A stretch of DNA of 64,000 bases from Tubiluchus corallicola (GCA_030141605.1 JAQGDQ010000828.1:1-64000); one strand, 5' to 3'. Shown: positions 34,929-49,837, counted from the first letter of the stretch. Notes: generated by a model from the letters alone, not told the origin. Program-made: numbers and translations.

Positions 34929-37611
34929 AAGTTTCTCACTCAATAATTTGATCGTATAGTTATTTTGCCGTATCGAGTGATCTTGAATTAATTGATTTGA
35001 TTGATATTTTAGATTTTTATAGATTTGCTTTCAGGTAATTGATCGGATCTCGATTACCCGACTCCGAGGGCTTTAGTTAAGTCGCTAAGGCAATGATCTT
35101 GTCCTACACGACTTTCACTTTGACCTTGCGTTGTGAGTCAGGCCTTTCTCCCTCAAGTTTACAAGCTTCGCTCCCGCAATTGAGCTTTTAAGTACAATGC
35201 GAATCTTCTCAAGTTCGTATCTAGGATTTAGTGATGCGTATGCAATTTACTGTTAACGCTTTTAATCATTCACAAACTCAATGTCTACGTTAATACAGTG
35301 AATAGACTTTATTGAACTTACAGTTGCAATTTAGTCACCTCTGGTTCCAATACAAGATTCGGTCTTATACGCCGGTGGGCGCTTACAACTAATGTCTAGC
35401 TCCAGAGAAGATGCTATCCACTTTGAGTAATAACAATTCAATATGCTGCACTGAAGGTGCTTAACACAACGTAGATGTTACAGCTATTCAGATACTGATA
35501 CAAATAAGTTGAACCACTTAACTTGTGGATTGACCAATGTACCCCTACACTTGGTCAAATCCTGATTGCTTTTCGAGACTACGCCGCACCTGTGCTCAGT
35601 CCTTGGCTAAGTATGCAGATTCCTTTCTACGCTGGGCAAACGTTGCTTCCCATCTTGTAGAAGTTGTCTCGGACACACTGTATGGTAGCAAACCACTGTC
35701 AGACTCCCTCTCTCGTGTTGTGACTCTCACGGACGTCACCCCGATGTGTGTGTTTCTGGAGTATTTCTCCAGAGCTTATATTTTAGAGAGCTGACCTTCG
35801 AGATATTGCACCATCTGGCAACATCTGGTCACGTCTGCTACCTCCTGGACAGCGACTTTCCTTTCACTTCTGATTTTACAACAAGTAATGAGTTTCTTAA
35901 ATTCCGTCGCCTTTGAGTCTTCTATACTGTCTGGTCGCCATAACTTTTGATTTCCTTCTAATGTCCGATGAGCACTGATAGAGACCTTGGCTCCCATCAT
36001 TAAATCGCTCTAGACCTTCTCCTAATTATCTCCTACTCTGCATGTATTCTAGTTAAACAATAGTGTCTTCTCGAACACTACACCTGCACTTTCCACAAAT
36101 CGTGTGACAATTCTAACTCATTAAATTCGAGCTGCCAGCTGGAGGAGTTTCTTGTTCAACCGTATAAATTTCCTTGATGAAATCAGGGAGGCGTGAGTTT
36201 ATCATCTGAATCTGATTCATCTGATAACTCCATTAATTATTCACCAAAATTCATATTCCTAAATTTATTCACAACATAGGCCCATGTCTTAGAAATGAAT
36301 TATCGCAAAAATAATTATTCTTGTTTTCAACAGCGTATAAAATTCATGTAAAAGGCTTTGAAATTAAGCCTAGAAAAATGCTGATCAACACTATTAGGCC
36401 TACTCTTCTGTGTAATCATTACATTTAATTCTCAATTTAAAATCATCCCAAAACATTTCAATACATGCTAACAGACATGTTTGTATGCAAGTTTAGCTTC
36501 AGGCTTAAGCCTATAGCTAAATTTGATTCAGGCTCTCTGTGTATTGACAGCTTTAGGCCAACGATGCCGTTAATCCACACCTGATTCTTTTACAATATGA
36601 AAAATGCTAGAACAATATCATAGATCTTCTACCTTCAATGGTTATAGAAACGAAAATGGTGCTTGAATTTTTTTAGTCACTCAGAAAACCTAGTCACTCA
36701 GTTACTTGTCAATGAACATATGGCTGGTTGCAGGCGAGTAATTTGAATAAACTATAGAAATAGATTACCTCTGTCATTTAAAAATCCATTTCAAACATTT
36801 AATGGAATACAGTGTGCCATCTGCCGTTAAATGAAAAACCTTAAAAAGTACAGTCGTTAGTTAGCAGACCTCTAAGCGTTTTGACAACCTGTTTCTTTAT
36901 TTTTATTCGTTCGTTTATACCTTCACACAATTATTTTACAACATATTTATACAGAACAGCTATCTGGTTACTGCTCGTCTATTACAACGGGAGTGCAGCA
37001 AAATCAAGTAAATTATAACTACTCAGATCAAAATAATAGATAACAAAAATCAAACTGATAAAATATATGAACGTAAAATTGTTTTTAAACGGTATTTTTA
37101 ATTTTTTAATAAGTTGAAATGCTAAAACGAAATCTCTTTAGCTGATCAAACTCAAACCAAAGATGTCCCAACGTCCCAGTAGCCCAAGAATGGAACTGAT
37201 TCCAGTACCAGTCCAATGGACGAAAGTGAAGGCATGCGCATGCGCAATATGCGTTTCTACATGGACTGTCTTTGGTGTAACTAAAAGTTTGATTGGCAGT
37301 GAAGAAATGCGGTTAAAATTAGCCTTAGTGCCATAACGTGTTGAAATCACATTACACAACGCAATAACGAGAACTTTTATAATGTGACGTCACGATTATT
37401 AATCGATAATGGATAAGACGACGTTATTATTGATTTTTGCGTTGTTCTTTGTAAAGTTATCGGATAGTTACACAGGAAGCTGGTGGTAGGTTAACAAAAT
37501 TAAAACTTTTTAAAAACATTGAAGCTGGCTTGGCTGATACTTCTTAGTCCTGAAAGTTTATTAATGCAGGATTTTTATTTTAGAGGCAATGAAGATCAAT
37601 AAAGGCTGATT

Positions 37612-37720
37612 TTAAATTTATAATTTGCCTGAATAGGAATTTTTAAAGGGCTATGATATATATATATATATCGTGGTTCCTTAAAAATTTCTATTCAGGC
37701 AAATTTTAAAATTTAAATAT
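37612..37720. repeat. Short inverted repeat around (TA)n
   Basis: aatttgcctgaataggaattttta ... taaaaatttctattcaggcaaatt. Confidence 0.7.
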
Positions 37721-39404
37721 ATATATATAAGGGTAACGAACTGCAGTGAATCAGAGCAGTGAAATTTATTATACGTATATAGGAAAAAGAGTGATATATA
37801 TATATATATGTATGTATGTATACATATGCAACTGCTTGAGAATGCATATTAGAAGATGATGTTATTGTGACTAAACAAAAAAGCAAACAATCTTTATTGT
37901 AGCTCTTGGTACAGTTTTATCTACGTTATTAAATCACTACATTACTACTAATCACTAATTACTTACTCGAATTGCTTAACCTTAAATTCTTTTATTTTTT
38001 ATTACTCTGATGACTGTCTTTTTGCATAATATAAAAAAGGCTAAAATTACAGGCACGAAATATCGAAAATTAGACTTACATAGTTTACATATGACAACTA
38101 CTAATGATATATACTAATGATTGCTTATTATATTTATTATTTTGCCATGCAACCATTTTTGTTTTATACAGGTGTATAATACTATAATTAGAATTTTACA
38201 AATAGTATTGTTTTTGTAAATTTTTCTTCATAATACAAATTCCGTATAAGGTCGTGACTTCGGACCAATAATAACACTGCAAACAAAAGCAGACATCGTG
38301 TATTTAACACGAGCCGTCATTGGAGGTTGTGTAAATACGCTACGGACATTTAATTAAATATTCTATTAATTAAGCCATGGAAACAGCACACAGTCGCATA
38401 CAACATAATTTATTATAAACTCCTAACCATTAACTGGCGATTATAAAGGGGCGACAGCCCATTTTATTTTGTTTATTTGATATCTGGCCATTTTTGAAAC
38501 TTTACGGTTCTGGAAAAATCAAACTGCATGGATATCAATAATTACATAAAAGACAAATTAAAATTTAGGCCAAAGTCAATTCAAACTATTTTTCTACTAA
38601 GTAAACAAATATCGAGAATTTCGTAAGTTTATAGAAAATATTTCAAGACCTATAAGCGAATTCAGTAGGACGTTCAGATGTAGGCTTAGTATTCTAGTTT
38701 ACTTATAGATTTTGCAAAGTTTACTTCAAGCTACGTAAAATACATCACGATTAAAAAATATTCAAGACGGGTGCATGCGGGCGGGTCAAAGGGTGGCTCC
38801 CTCTAATTTCGTTAGCCCACGGGCCCAAAAAGGCCATAATCCGGTTCTGGACCTAATAATTATAGAAATAATCATTTAGCTTTGAAGGAAAAAATAAAAA
38901 ATGTTTCAGTTTTTCAACATGATACACAAAAGCTGACACTGTCTTAACGAATATATGGAAACGTCTAAGCCCGCTAATATCAAGGTGTCAACGTCTCAGT
39001 AGGACTGACCACTTGACCCGTGTATTTTCCATTCTTGTTGAAAAATGTAAATTTGATGTGCCATTGTTAACTCTCAAATTTGTTGTCGGCGCTTAAATAA
39101 TTTTGACACCCCATTCCTTCTGTTCTCACACAGCTCACACATACATCACACTAACATCACATTTACATCACACATACATTACAGGTATTATTTGTATTCG
39201 TTCATGCAATTTTGACACCCCGTTCCTTCTGTTCTCAGACAGCTCACACAAACTCTTTCACTAATAAAACTAATTCCAAAATTATTATGTTTTTTATAAA
39301 GTAAATTTACAGGCTAGTTGCCGGAGGCTGAAGCAATTGTCTGTTTTCGTTTTCTCCCTATAGGCCTAAACCCAACTCCATTCTGACTTTATTATGAATG
39401 ATTA

Positions 39405-39570
39405 TGCAAGCCTGTGCAATTATTAACGTCATTCAGCACAGAGCAACGCTTGCTTGGCGTGGTTGCAAGCCTGCGCAATTATTAACGTCATTCAGCACAG
39501 AGCAACGCTTGCTAGGCGTGGTTGCAAGCCTGTGCAATTATTAACGTCATTCAGCATAGAGCAACGCTAC
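39405..39570. repeat. Tandem repeat of about 59 bp, 3 copies
   Basis: tgcaagcctgtgcaattattaacgtcattcagcacagagcaacgct. Confidence 0.9.
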
Positions 39571-40132
39571 TTCGTTAGTTGCAAATTAAAGGGTAAGAGA
39601 AATAAACGTCCATCTGTAGACGTTGCAGTGGACGCAATAACTTCGTCTGAGCAGATAAAATCAAGTGATACTACACTCTGTGTTGTAGAATTAATTTGAA
39701 CAATAAAACTTAAAACTCTATTCGATAATAAACTTAATTTTGGATGGCGAGAGCGTGCAACTATAGGTGCAACAATAAAATATAGAAGAAACTGGGCTAC
39801 TGCACCAATAAGAGTTTTAATTCAAATCTTTCATTATTATTAACACCATTTATATTAGAAGACTCGTGAATGGTCTAAAATGGTTGTGTTCAGTTCCAAG
39901 TTTCTACTGCTGTTCTACTTAAATGGCAATATTTAAGTTCTATTTTAAGTAAAAGCGTGAAAAAGTATCGACTAAAGGCTTGACAAGCTAATAGGGCTGT
40001 CTAACATGTAAGCATGATAGGTGGGTTACACAATACACGTTATCATACAGCAAGTCAAGTAATGGAAATTCTTGGCAAGATTATCTTACACACAAACGAT
40101 GGATCCCCCGTAAGATGCATTTATAGACTGCT

Positions 40133-40937
40133 TGTGAAAGTCATGTTTAAGGTTGTAGTTGAACACTTTGTAGAAAACGAATAAAACACTATACTACATA
40201 TTTGCACAAAACTGAAAAGCGTTTATTAGACTAGATACACATATGTAGAATGACTGCTACACTGAACACTGAGAACAAGAGTGTCCTGCACTGAACACTG
40301 AGAGTTAGACAGTAAGTAACATAAGTATCACGACTGCTGCACTGCATTGAGAGTGTGAGTTACATGAGTATCACGACTGCTGCACTGCATTGAGAGTGTG
40401 AGTTACATGAGTATCACGACTGCACTGCATTGAGAGTGTGAGTTACATGAGTATCACGACTGCACTGCACTGAGAGTGTGAGTCACATGAGTATCACGAC
40501 TGCGCTGCATTGAGAGTGTGAGTTACATGAGTATCACGACTGCGCTGCATTGAGAGTGTGAGTTACATGAGTATCACGACTGCACTGCACTGAGAGTGTG
40601 AGTCACATGAGTATCACGACTGCGCTGCATTGAGAGTGTGAGTCACATGAGTATCACGACTGCGCTGCATTGAGAGTGTGAGTCACATGAGTATCACGAC
40701 TGCGCTGCATTGAGAGTTAGACAGTGACTTGAAGTAGAATCAAGTCAGTACATAGGTATGGGAAATTAAGCAAACTTGGCTTCACAAAAACCATTACTGT
40801 AAAATATGGAGAGATCCAGTGAGTATGCATATTCACTGGACCGAACAATTATACTAGGGGTGAGTTTAGCTAGTAAAATGTAAAGGGATTAGTTAATAGA
40901 TGGCAGCACCTAAAAATATACAGTTACAATTTCCACA
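40133..40937 (-). mobile_element. Solo LTR with an internal tandem expansion of about 40-bp units (40325-40715)
   Basis: TGTGAAAG...TTTCCACA termini, 5-bp TSD CTGCT on both sides. Confidence 0.85.
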
Positions 40938-41933
40938 CTGCTGATTGCAGCTGAGCGGTCAAAATTGGCTGTTTCTCTACTTCTTTAGTCAGTTATCCAA
41001 TATTATTAATGGCTAAATTAGTCACAAGTCAATGTAAATTCTTGCAGTTATAAGAAAACACATATCTGCAACTGCTTGGTAAAGTCATTTGAATGTAAGA
41101 AACAAGGCTGTAGGCCCTAATCTGTTGTAAAATCCAATAAAAATCTTTAAAACCAAACATTCAGTTTTAAAAACTTTTCATAAGGGTGTTTCTAATATGC
41201 TTATTTCAGTTGTACTAAGACTTTACAACTCTCTGTGCGCAAGCCCAATTCTGCTAGTGAACTTGGAAGCAACTAATAACTAGCATTTCAAACAAACTGG
41301 CAAAAGTAAATTAACGTGCAACGTATGTGTGCCTAACATGTAACAAAGCGTTCGCTTTCCGTCTAGGAGGTCGTGAGTTCGATACAGTAGTTTTTTGCTA
41401 ATAGATATCAATTAATTAACTTATTAATTGCCGACTACGAGAGCTTAGGCCTGGTGGAAACGGTAGTGATGAATCGTAGATCAACATTGAACCACGAAAT
41501 ATGCGTTGAAGTAAATCTTTTCTCTCATGTTCTCTAGCACGGAATAAGCCTATATGTTTATTTCACTACAAGTGTGACTAATGACCACTTATCTCGCTCG
41601 TTCGCTTGAATAACAGTAATTCCGTTTGGTAACTGCAGGCGTGACCAGTTCAAGAATACGTTATTGAACAAATTGTTAACAGGTTACAGGTTATTCTACG
41701 TCAATAACGAATGATTTCAAGTACAGTAATTTCATACAATCAATAGTTCACAAATTTAGAATATAGTTCCAAATAATGTAACTTAGTTTTCAATATTGGA
41801 ACCAAATTTCAGTTCTTATACAAATGCAATCACAGTTTACCTTGCTTCCTTCACTCAGTGACAGATTTGATCATTTTAACAAAGTTTATCTCAATGGCAC
41901 GTCATAATAACATGTAATAAACAACTTAACTGT

Positions 41934-42098
41934 CGACAGGCCAATGAAGTCGCACATTGGCCTAGTCTGAATTCGGTACTGAGCTAGATTTATAGGAGTG
42001 ATTGCTTGGGTAAACTGGCGACAGGCCAATGAAGTCGCACATTGGCCTAGTCTGAATTCGGTACTGAGCTAGATTTATAGGAGTGATTGCTTGGGTAA
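41934..42098. repeat. 85-bp duplication
   Basis: cgacaggccaatgaagtcg...gcttgggtaa x2. Confidence 0.9.
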
Positions 42099-43390
42099 CT
42101 ACAAGGAACTCCCTTGCTGCTTCCTTACAATGTTCCATGTTCCAAGCTCCACGCTAACTTCTCCCATCTCTCCGGGGTAACTACAAGGAACTCCCTTGCT
42201 GCTTCCTTACAATGTTCCATGTTCCAGGCTTCATGCTAACTTCTCCCATCTCTCCGGGATAACTACAAGGAACTCCCTTGCTTCCTTACAATGTTCCATG
42301 TTCCAGGCTTCATGCTAACTTCTCCCATCTCTCCGGGATAACTACAAGGAACTCCCTTGCTGCTTCCTTACAATGTTCCATGTTCCAGGCTTCATGCTAA
42401 CTTCTCCCATCTCTCCGGGGTAACTACAAGGAACTCCCTTGCTGCTTCCTTACAATGTTCCATGTTCCAGGCTTCATGCTAACTTCTCCCATCTCTCCGG
42501 GGTAACTACAAGGAACTCCCTTGCTGCTTCCTTACAATGTTCCATGTTCCAGGCTCCACGCTAACTTCTCCCATCTCTCCGGGGTAACTACAAGGAACTC
42601 CCTTGCTGCTTCCTTACAATGTTCCATGTTCCAGGCTCCACGCTAACTTCTCCCATCTCTCCGGGGTAACTACAAGGAACTCCCTTGCTGCTTCCTTACA
42701 ATGTTCCATGTTCCAAGCTCCACGCTAACTTCTCCCATCTCTCCGGGGTAACTACAAGGATTCTTGCTGCTTCTTACAATGTTCCATGTTCCAGGCTTCA
42801 TGCTAACTTCTCCCATCTCTCCGGGGTAACTACAAGGAACTCCCTTGCTGCTTCCTTACAATGTTCCATGTTCCAGGCTTCATGCTAACTTCTCCCATCT
42901 CTCCGGGGTAATTACAAGGAACTCCCTTGCTGCTTCCTTACAATGTTCCATGTTCCAGGCTTCATGCTAACTTCTCCCATCTCTCCGGGGTAACTACAAG
43001 GAACTCCCTTGCTGCTTCCTTACAATGTTCCATGTTCCAAGCTCCATGCTAACTTCTCCCATCTCTCCGGGGTAACACAAGGACCCTTGCTGCTTACAAT
43101 GTTCCATGTTCCAGGCTCCACGCTAACTTCTCCCATCTCTCCGGGGTAACTACAAGGAACTCCCTTGCTGCTTCCTTACAATGTTCCATGTTCCAGGCTT
43201 CATGCTAACTTCTCCCATCTCTCCGGGGTAACTACAAGGAACTCCCTTGCTGCTTCCTTACAATGTTCCATGTTCCAAGCTCCATGCTAACTTCTCCCAT
43301 CTCTCCGGGGTAACTACAAGGAACTCCCTTGCTGCTTCCTTACAATGTTCCATGTTCCAAGCTCCATGCTAACTTCTCCCATCTCTCCGA
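42093..43390. repeat. 82-bp tandem array, about 16 copies
   Basis: gggtaactacaaggaactcccttgctgcttccttacaatgttccatgttcca...ctctccg. Confidence 0.97.
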
Positions 43391-43400
43391 TCTTTGAGGG

Positions 43401-43585
43401 CTGCTAACGGTGATCCGCACGCACATGTGACTACAACATGACAGACTGACTGACTGACCAGCTGCTAACGGTGATCCGCACGCACACGTGACTACAACAT
43501 GACAGACTGACTGACTGACCAGCTGCTAACGGTGATCCGCACGCACATGTGACTACAACATGACAGACTGACTGACTGACTGACC
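43401..43585. repeat. Tandem repeat of about 61 bp, 3 copies
   Basis: ctgctaacggtgatccgcacgcaca.gtgactacaacatgacagactgactgac. Confidence 0.9.
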
Positions 43586-45307
43586 ATGAATCACCGTTGT
43601 CCTCCAGTTTTTGTTGTCTTTTAATCACTTGACAAAGTTCACTCGATGGTGCTATACTGGTGTAACAATTGGTCCTCCTACAGAGTCACCCCAACCCCAG
43701 CTGATCTTTCATGGGGTAAACTATTATACTCATAATTTCAATAGCTCATTATTGTAGAACTGTTCAACTATCAGTTCCTCCGTCACGTGATCAAGTTGTG
43801 GTTGCTCTTTGTACAATTACTCCACATTTTATGTGGATCCCCCCCCCATGACCCTAACAGCAGTTCAGAGCAACTCAGAAAATATATCACTGTCACAGTC
43901 CTCTAGCAGTGACATCTCTTCCAGTACACTAATGAACTTTTAATATCTTTCACACGCGCTGCATCGTTTAAGCACCTAGCGATGTACTATTTAGTATATC
44001 TCTGGAGGATCATTACCCTAGTGACATTAACAACATCGTATATGTAAAGAAGCTAGCTGAAATGCCAGTTATAGTGAGAATATGATGAACAAGCTATGAT
44101 GAATAATGGTTTTCTTACTCGTTATATTATTCTTCCATTTTTGATTGTAATTCATTAATTATTCATTTCGTGAATAATTGTTAATTTTAAAGATAAAACG
44201 TAACACTTGGCGTTGCTTAAGTTCAGTCGGCAGGCATATGCAGTGAGCTCAGCAGTTTGCCTGAAATTTGCTCACTTTAACATGCATTATTTACTTAAAG
44301 CAAAATCGAACCCATTCTTAAATTGTAGGTCAAAATAATCTACTCTTTAAAATATTGAAAGGAAACATACTATAGAGAAAATATCCCTATTACTAATAAA
44401 ATACTTACATTTAATTTTTACCTACTTAGTGGTCTGCAACAGCCTAAACTCACAGCTAAAATTTCTCCAGGGAGGGGAACGTAACTGCCACGAAAACGCC
44501 ACTTACTTTCAGTTCGTCAAACATGCCGAGAACTCTGTGTGAAAAACTTAATTAAATTCCAGAAAGAAACAAGCCAGCAAATTTTGAAGTACATTGTTTA
44601 TCAATAAACGTAACAAACCGAATGCAACAATGGTAAAAGGGATGTATTCCAAATTGATGACTAAAGATCAAATTATTGCCTCAGCCAGAAACCAGGTTAG
44701 TTACCCAGCCCTACTTAAGAGGACACCTCACAATTATTGATCCGATTACATAAATTGCAATATGTATAATATATGTATTGTAATAGATTATATATGATAT
44801 ATGTATATATATATTGGTTTTTGTTAATTTTAATTACAAAGCTGTGTAATTACAAGAGTATGGAAGACAGGTAGTCACAGTTACGTGCAATCAACTGCAT
44901 AGTAAAAAAATTTTAATTACACCTGGGGAGAGAGAGGGAGGAAAAGAAAGAGATAAATAGAGAGAGAGCAGACGAAGGAAAAGAGAGAGAAAAGAGAGAG
45001 GGAGAGAGAGAGAGGAAGGGAGGGAGCAGGGAAAGAAAGACATTAAGGTAAAGCAAGTGGAGGATAAGGAGAAGGAACAGGAACAGGGATCACAGTATAA
45101 GTTACAAAACTTTGACGTAGCAAATGTATAAAATGCGCCTACAGGCATGCGACCCACTTGCTAGTTAAAATCTGGCTCCCAAAACTAGATAACAGTTATC
45201 ATGGTCCCACGGGATTTTGTGCCTATTTGCAATTTCCTTGCTTTACCCACCAGTCTTGAATGTCGTACGTTTTTGCTGGTTCTCTGGGATTATGCAATTT
45301 CCTTGCT

Positions 45308-46676
45308 TTACCCACCAGTCTTGTATGTCGTACGTTTTTGCTGGTTCTCTGGCTGGTTCTCTGGGATTATGCAATTTCCTTGCTTTACCCACCAGTCTTG
45401 AATGTCGTACGTTTTTGCTGGTTCTCTGAGATTATTCAGTTTTTCGCACAAATGACAGAAGCTCAGGTTTGGGTGTCTTTTTATATAATATTTCTGTTTC
45501 CAAGAAAAATACTGCGAGTAAGCCGTGTCGTTTTTATCCAAATACAAAAGGTACTCAGCAAGTTGTTTTGGTGAATCAAAATCTGCTGCATTAATTACTG
45601 AATGTGGGGGACTTTGCATCGTGTAATTTGCACTGCCTCTCACCACAGGAATTACATCACTTGATTCTAGTCTGCTAAACAACTTCTCTGTAACGTAGTC
45701 ACGACAGAAAGAGTTTTCAAATGACAAGTAAAACTTGTAATCTCGTTTAGCATGAAATTGCAATAAGAATCCGCGCATGTTAGGTTTCCGCATTTTCCAT
45801 ATATGTCAACAGAGATGTATTTCTGCAAATGTTTGGCGTACTCCATACGACCAGTATAATCGGTGTCGCAGTTACTTACAAACCAAGCCACTAGTTTTGT
45901 CTTTCCTTTAGCGTAATTTTTGACAGTCTTATCACGGGGTGGAGGACGTAAGACAACTTCTCCATGCACGCGAGGAATATCAGAATCGAGACGGTAAGTC
46001 ATCGTCCAGTTAAAAAAGTTATTCATGTGTGATAAATTCGGATTTTTTCCAAACGTGTGTAACATTCTGATTGGCGTTTCGATTAAAAAGAAAATCCATC
46101 TTTGTCCAGGTGCCCGGTAAACTGGGAATTCAGCAATGGCGCTTGATGATGAATTTCTCATGTGTACAATAACCGCATGGCTTTCATTAAACCGAGATCT
46201 GTCATTTGTTGTCTCACAATTTCTGCCCAGCTTGTGGCAGATTTCGAAAGGCTTACTTCCTTTTCCAAAGGCAAAAAATTCATATTTGTGGAACTTATTC
46301 CAAAATAAAATTAGTTTCCGCTTGGGTAAAATGGTTGATTGATCAGCACTAGTGGAATTATAGCTTCAACTATTTCTAAGTTTATGTCGAGCTTTCTCAA
46401 TTTCATTAATGGATTATTGGCATTCTTTAACACAAACAATATCACTGCTGTCAAAATGGTCACAAATATTTTTATCTTAGTCACTTTTTTTCTTCCAAGG
46501 AAACGTCTACCCATGCACATCCCACGGGCGAGCCTTCTCAATTTCATTAATTGATTATTCGCATTCTTTAACACAAACAATATCACTGCTGTCAAAATAT
46601 CCACAAATATTTTTATCTTAGTCATTTTTTTTCTTCCAAGGAAACGTTTACGCATGCACATCCCATAGGCGAACAT
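45308..46676 (-). pseudogene. Intronless alpha-1,3-fucosyltransferase (GT10) with two frameshifts (near 46340 and 45750)
   Basis: Type II anchor; LILFWN; QRWIFF..E.P; FNWTMTYRLDSDI; VAWFVSNC; VDIYGKCG; YKFYLSFENS.CRDYVTEK; Y..YF.W. The motifs are split across three ORFs. Assembly indels cannot be excluded. Confidence 0.85.
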
Positions 46677-47341
46677 TTTATACGTCTTTTACCGAAAGTT
46701 CCGAATTGCGCCTTAAGAACCCCCATCCAATAAGTACCTTTAGCAAGCTTATGCATGACTGTGTATCAAGTCAGGGTCTGCCGGAGGCTTTCAAGCATGC
46801 GAAATAACACTGACCCAAAAACGTATGCGAAATAACACTGACCCAAAAACGTCCGTACGGTGAGCGGTTTTACTTCTCATAGTACAAACCAGTTATTTCT
46901 GGCACTCCATAAGTAGGTATCCTGGGACCGATTTTAATTGTATTGTTTATAAACCATCTTCCCGATATCTTTGATCCTGGAAATTGTAAACTTTATGCAA
47001 CATGCAAAAGCCACTGTCTATTAGCTGACGCCATTGAGAAATTTGGATAGATGGTCTGATACCTGACACCATTCAGTTGCATTTCAAACTCACTAGGCTT
47101 CCTTTAAGCTACGGGAATCCACGCCTCCCGTATTTTTAAATGGTTTTCCTTTTGGTACTTAAGATGAATGCAGTGGTTTTGGTATTTTCTGCATATGGTA
47201 AGCAACAATAACGAATATAACTAACATGATTTTCCCATGACCAAGTCCAAAACAGTACCTGCATTGAAAGGGTTCAGCGTTGCTTTGTCCGCAGGTTTTT
47301 GGTGGGTGCCAGTTAGGATAGATCCCATATATGAGTAGATT

Positions 47342-47778
47342 TGTGAAAGTTAGTTATGAAGTTGAAATTGAACTCTTGTAGAAAACAACTAAACACTATA
47401 TTACATGTTTGCACAAAAACTGAAACACTTTTATTACACTACATAGTTATATGTAACATGACTGCTAAACTACACTGAGGACCAGAGTGTCCTGCACTGA
47501 TCACGAAAAATTAGACAGTGTGTAGCACGACTGCAGGTCACCGAGAGCGTGACAGAGAGACAGTGGCTGGAAGTGAATTCCAGCCAGTATATATAGGTAG
47601 AGAACTATGCAAAAACTTGGCTTCACATATCCCATTACAGTAAAAATATGGGAGATCCAGTGAGTTTGCATATTGACTGGACCGAACATTTGTACTAGGG
47701 GTGAATTTAACTAGTAAAATGTTAAAGTGACTAATCAATAGATGGCAGCACCTAAAATATACAGTTACAACTTTCACA
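47342..47778 (-). mobile_element. Solo LTR
   Basis: TGTGAAAGTT...AACTTTCACA, 5-bp TSD AGATT; closely similar to the reverse complement of 60884-61274. Confidence 0.88.
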
Positions 47779-47975
47779 AGATTTGTTAAACTGATTTGCA
47801 GCCGCTCGGAGTGAGGCACATTAGTTTTGATTTAAAACAATGTATAAGACCATGCAATTTAACTGGCAGGTTAAATTTTTTGAAGATTTCTTCACTTTTG
47901 TCCCCCCCCCCACGCATTTGCGAAGACATTAAAGACTTGCGAAGATTATAAACTTTTAATCAATTCTTCAATGTT

Positions 47976-48185
47976 CATTCTATTATGTTTTTCTTTCAAA
48001 GTAATTCTATTATGTTTTTCTTTCAAAGTAATTCTATTATGTTTTTCTTTCTAAGTAATTCTATTATGTTTTTCTTTCAAAGTAATTCTATTATGTTTTT
48101 CTTTCAAAGTAATTCTATTATGTTTTTCTTTCTAAGTAATTCTATTATGTTTTTCTTTCAAAGTAATTCTATTATGTTTTTCTTA
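47976..48185. repeat. 27-bp tandem repeat, about 8 copies
   Basis: attctattatgtttttctttcaaagta. Confidence 0.95.
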
Positions 48186-49719
48186 TCAATTATATCATAT
48201 CTACAGTTTGAATAAACATTTTTGCATTATTATATTTCGTTTTAGTAATACTTTATAGTTCGTTTAGTGCTTGAGAACGGATTATTTGCTTTCACATTAT
48301 TTCTTATGGGAATAAACGGTTCTCAACCAAATTGGCTTTCAAAGATACAGTACAAACAAGCCCCGACATGCAAAAACTAAAACTACTACTGACTGACCGA
48401 CCAACCAACTGACTTAATGACCGATCGACGGAGTCTTAAAAAAATTCGTGTGAAACATTTTCATGATTCCTTGTTCTTAAATGCATTTCAGTAAGCAAAC
48501 TTGTGCTCACTTTCTCGTTGTAATTAACCTATAGCGTAATTAACAAAGCGAACCTCGTAATTAGCACCAATATGTCAAAAAGGTAAAGTATGTAGTTCCA
48601 CTTTAACCTTCTGACCAAATGAGGTGATCATCTGAAATCATTTAGCAGGTGAGAAACTTCATGGAGCTCTTAACGTTTCACTCTTAGAACATTGTTACTG
48701 CAAACAAGGTAGGTAAAAACTTTTCACTATTATTTTTAGTTCAAAACATATTGATGATTCGCATCCTGAAATGGTTAAAAATTTCGTTAATCGTAATTTA
48801 ATCACAGCTAATAATATTATTTATGTACCAGTTTATAAATATTTTCAAATATTGCTTCTTATTACATGTAAATTATGTATAATATTGTAATTATGATGGT
48901 CTTGCATAAGTAGTAGCCTAAGCTGTTTCACATTCCTCAATAATCTAAGCAATTTGTGTTTTAATACAAAGTTTTTGATGAATTCTTACATAAATTGTTT
49001 GAAAATTGTAATTTCATTTCTGAAACTGTTATGTTCTGAAACTTTGAAAACGGAATAAATTTTGTAATATAACATAATATAATGCAATATAATTGTAATA
49101 TTTAGCTATCATAAATACTGTTTACTATTATTATTGTTAATAGTATAATTATTACTATTATTATTATGTGTTGTATGATGATTATACCCCATGTGCGATG
49201 TTCTGTCTGTGTAGTTTTCTCTTTTATCCATGTAATATATTGCATTGCTTTTGTAATGTATTGTAATGAATTGATTGCACAGTTCCAGCGATTGATGATG
49301 ATCGTGGAAATGACAAAGGTTAAGTGTGCCAGACAACGCATTTGTGTACACTTGACAACACCTCGCAGCCCATGCTATTGTAATAGTAACAATAGTTTTA
49401 ACAGCTAGCTAGAACCTTACCTAGTTCATTTTTTCTGTTTCCAAGCAAGATCCTGCTAGTAAATCATTCTACGCATAGCCTAGTGCTTAATTAAGTCCAC
49501 GTAAAACAACTAAATTTACTGAACCAATGCGGCAGTAAGCTTTGCTTTTCCCACATGTCACGTGACGCTTGTAATTAAGACACGTTGCTGTGGTGCACTT
49601 AACCTTTGACCTACAGCAACTGCAGTGAAACTGTGAAAAGGTTTTTTGTACTGTGCTGGATCGTCAATAAATTTATTCAGTTCTGCACAATTTCTTGCAG
49701 TAAAGCTGCATCTCTAGAA

Positions 49720-49837
49720 ATGATGATGGCGACTGAAAGAAGACTCGCTCTGTTTGGCTTTTTAGCGATTGCTGCAAATACGTGTGTTTATGCCTAACCC
49801 CCCCCCCCACCACCACCAACACCAATACCAATGCTAG
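49720..49837 (+). CDS. Putative first exon (signal peptide plus Pro-rich) of the EGF/collagen/GY gene; carries an in-frame TAA at 49795
   Basis: MMMATERRLALFGFLAIAANTCVYA*PPPPPPPTPIPML, G|gtacac phase 1 matches the EGF exon. Confidence 0.4.
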
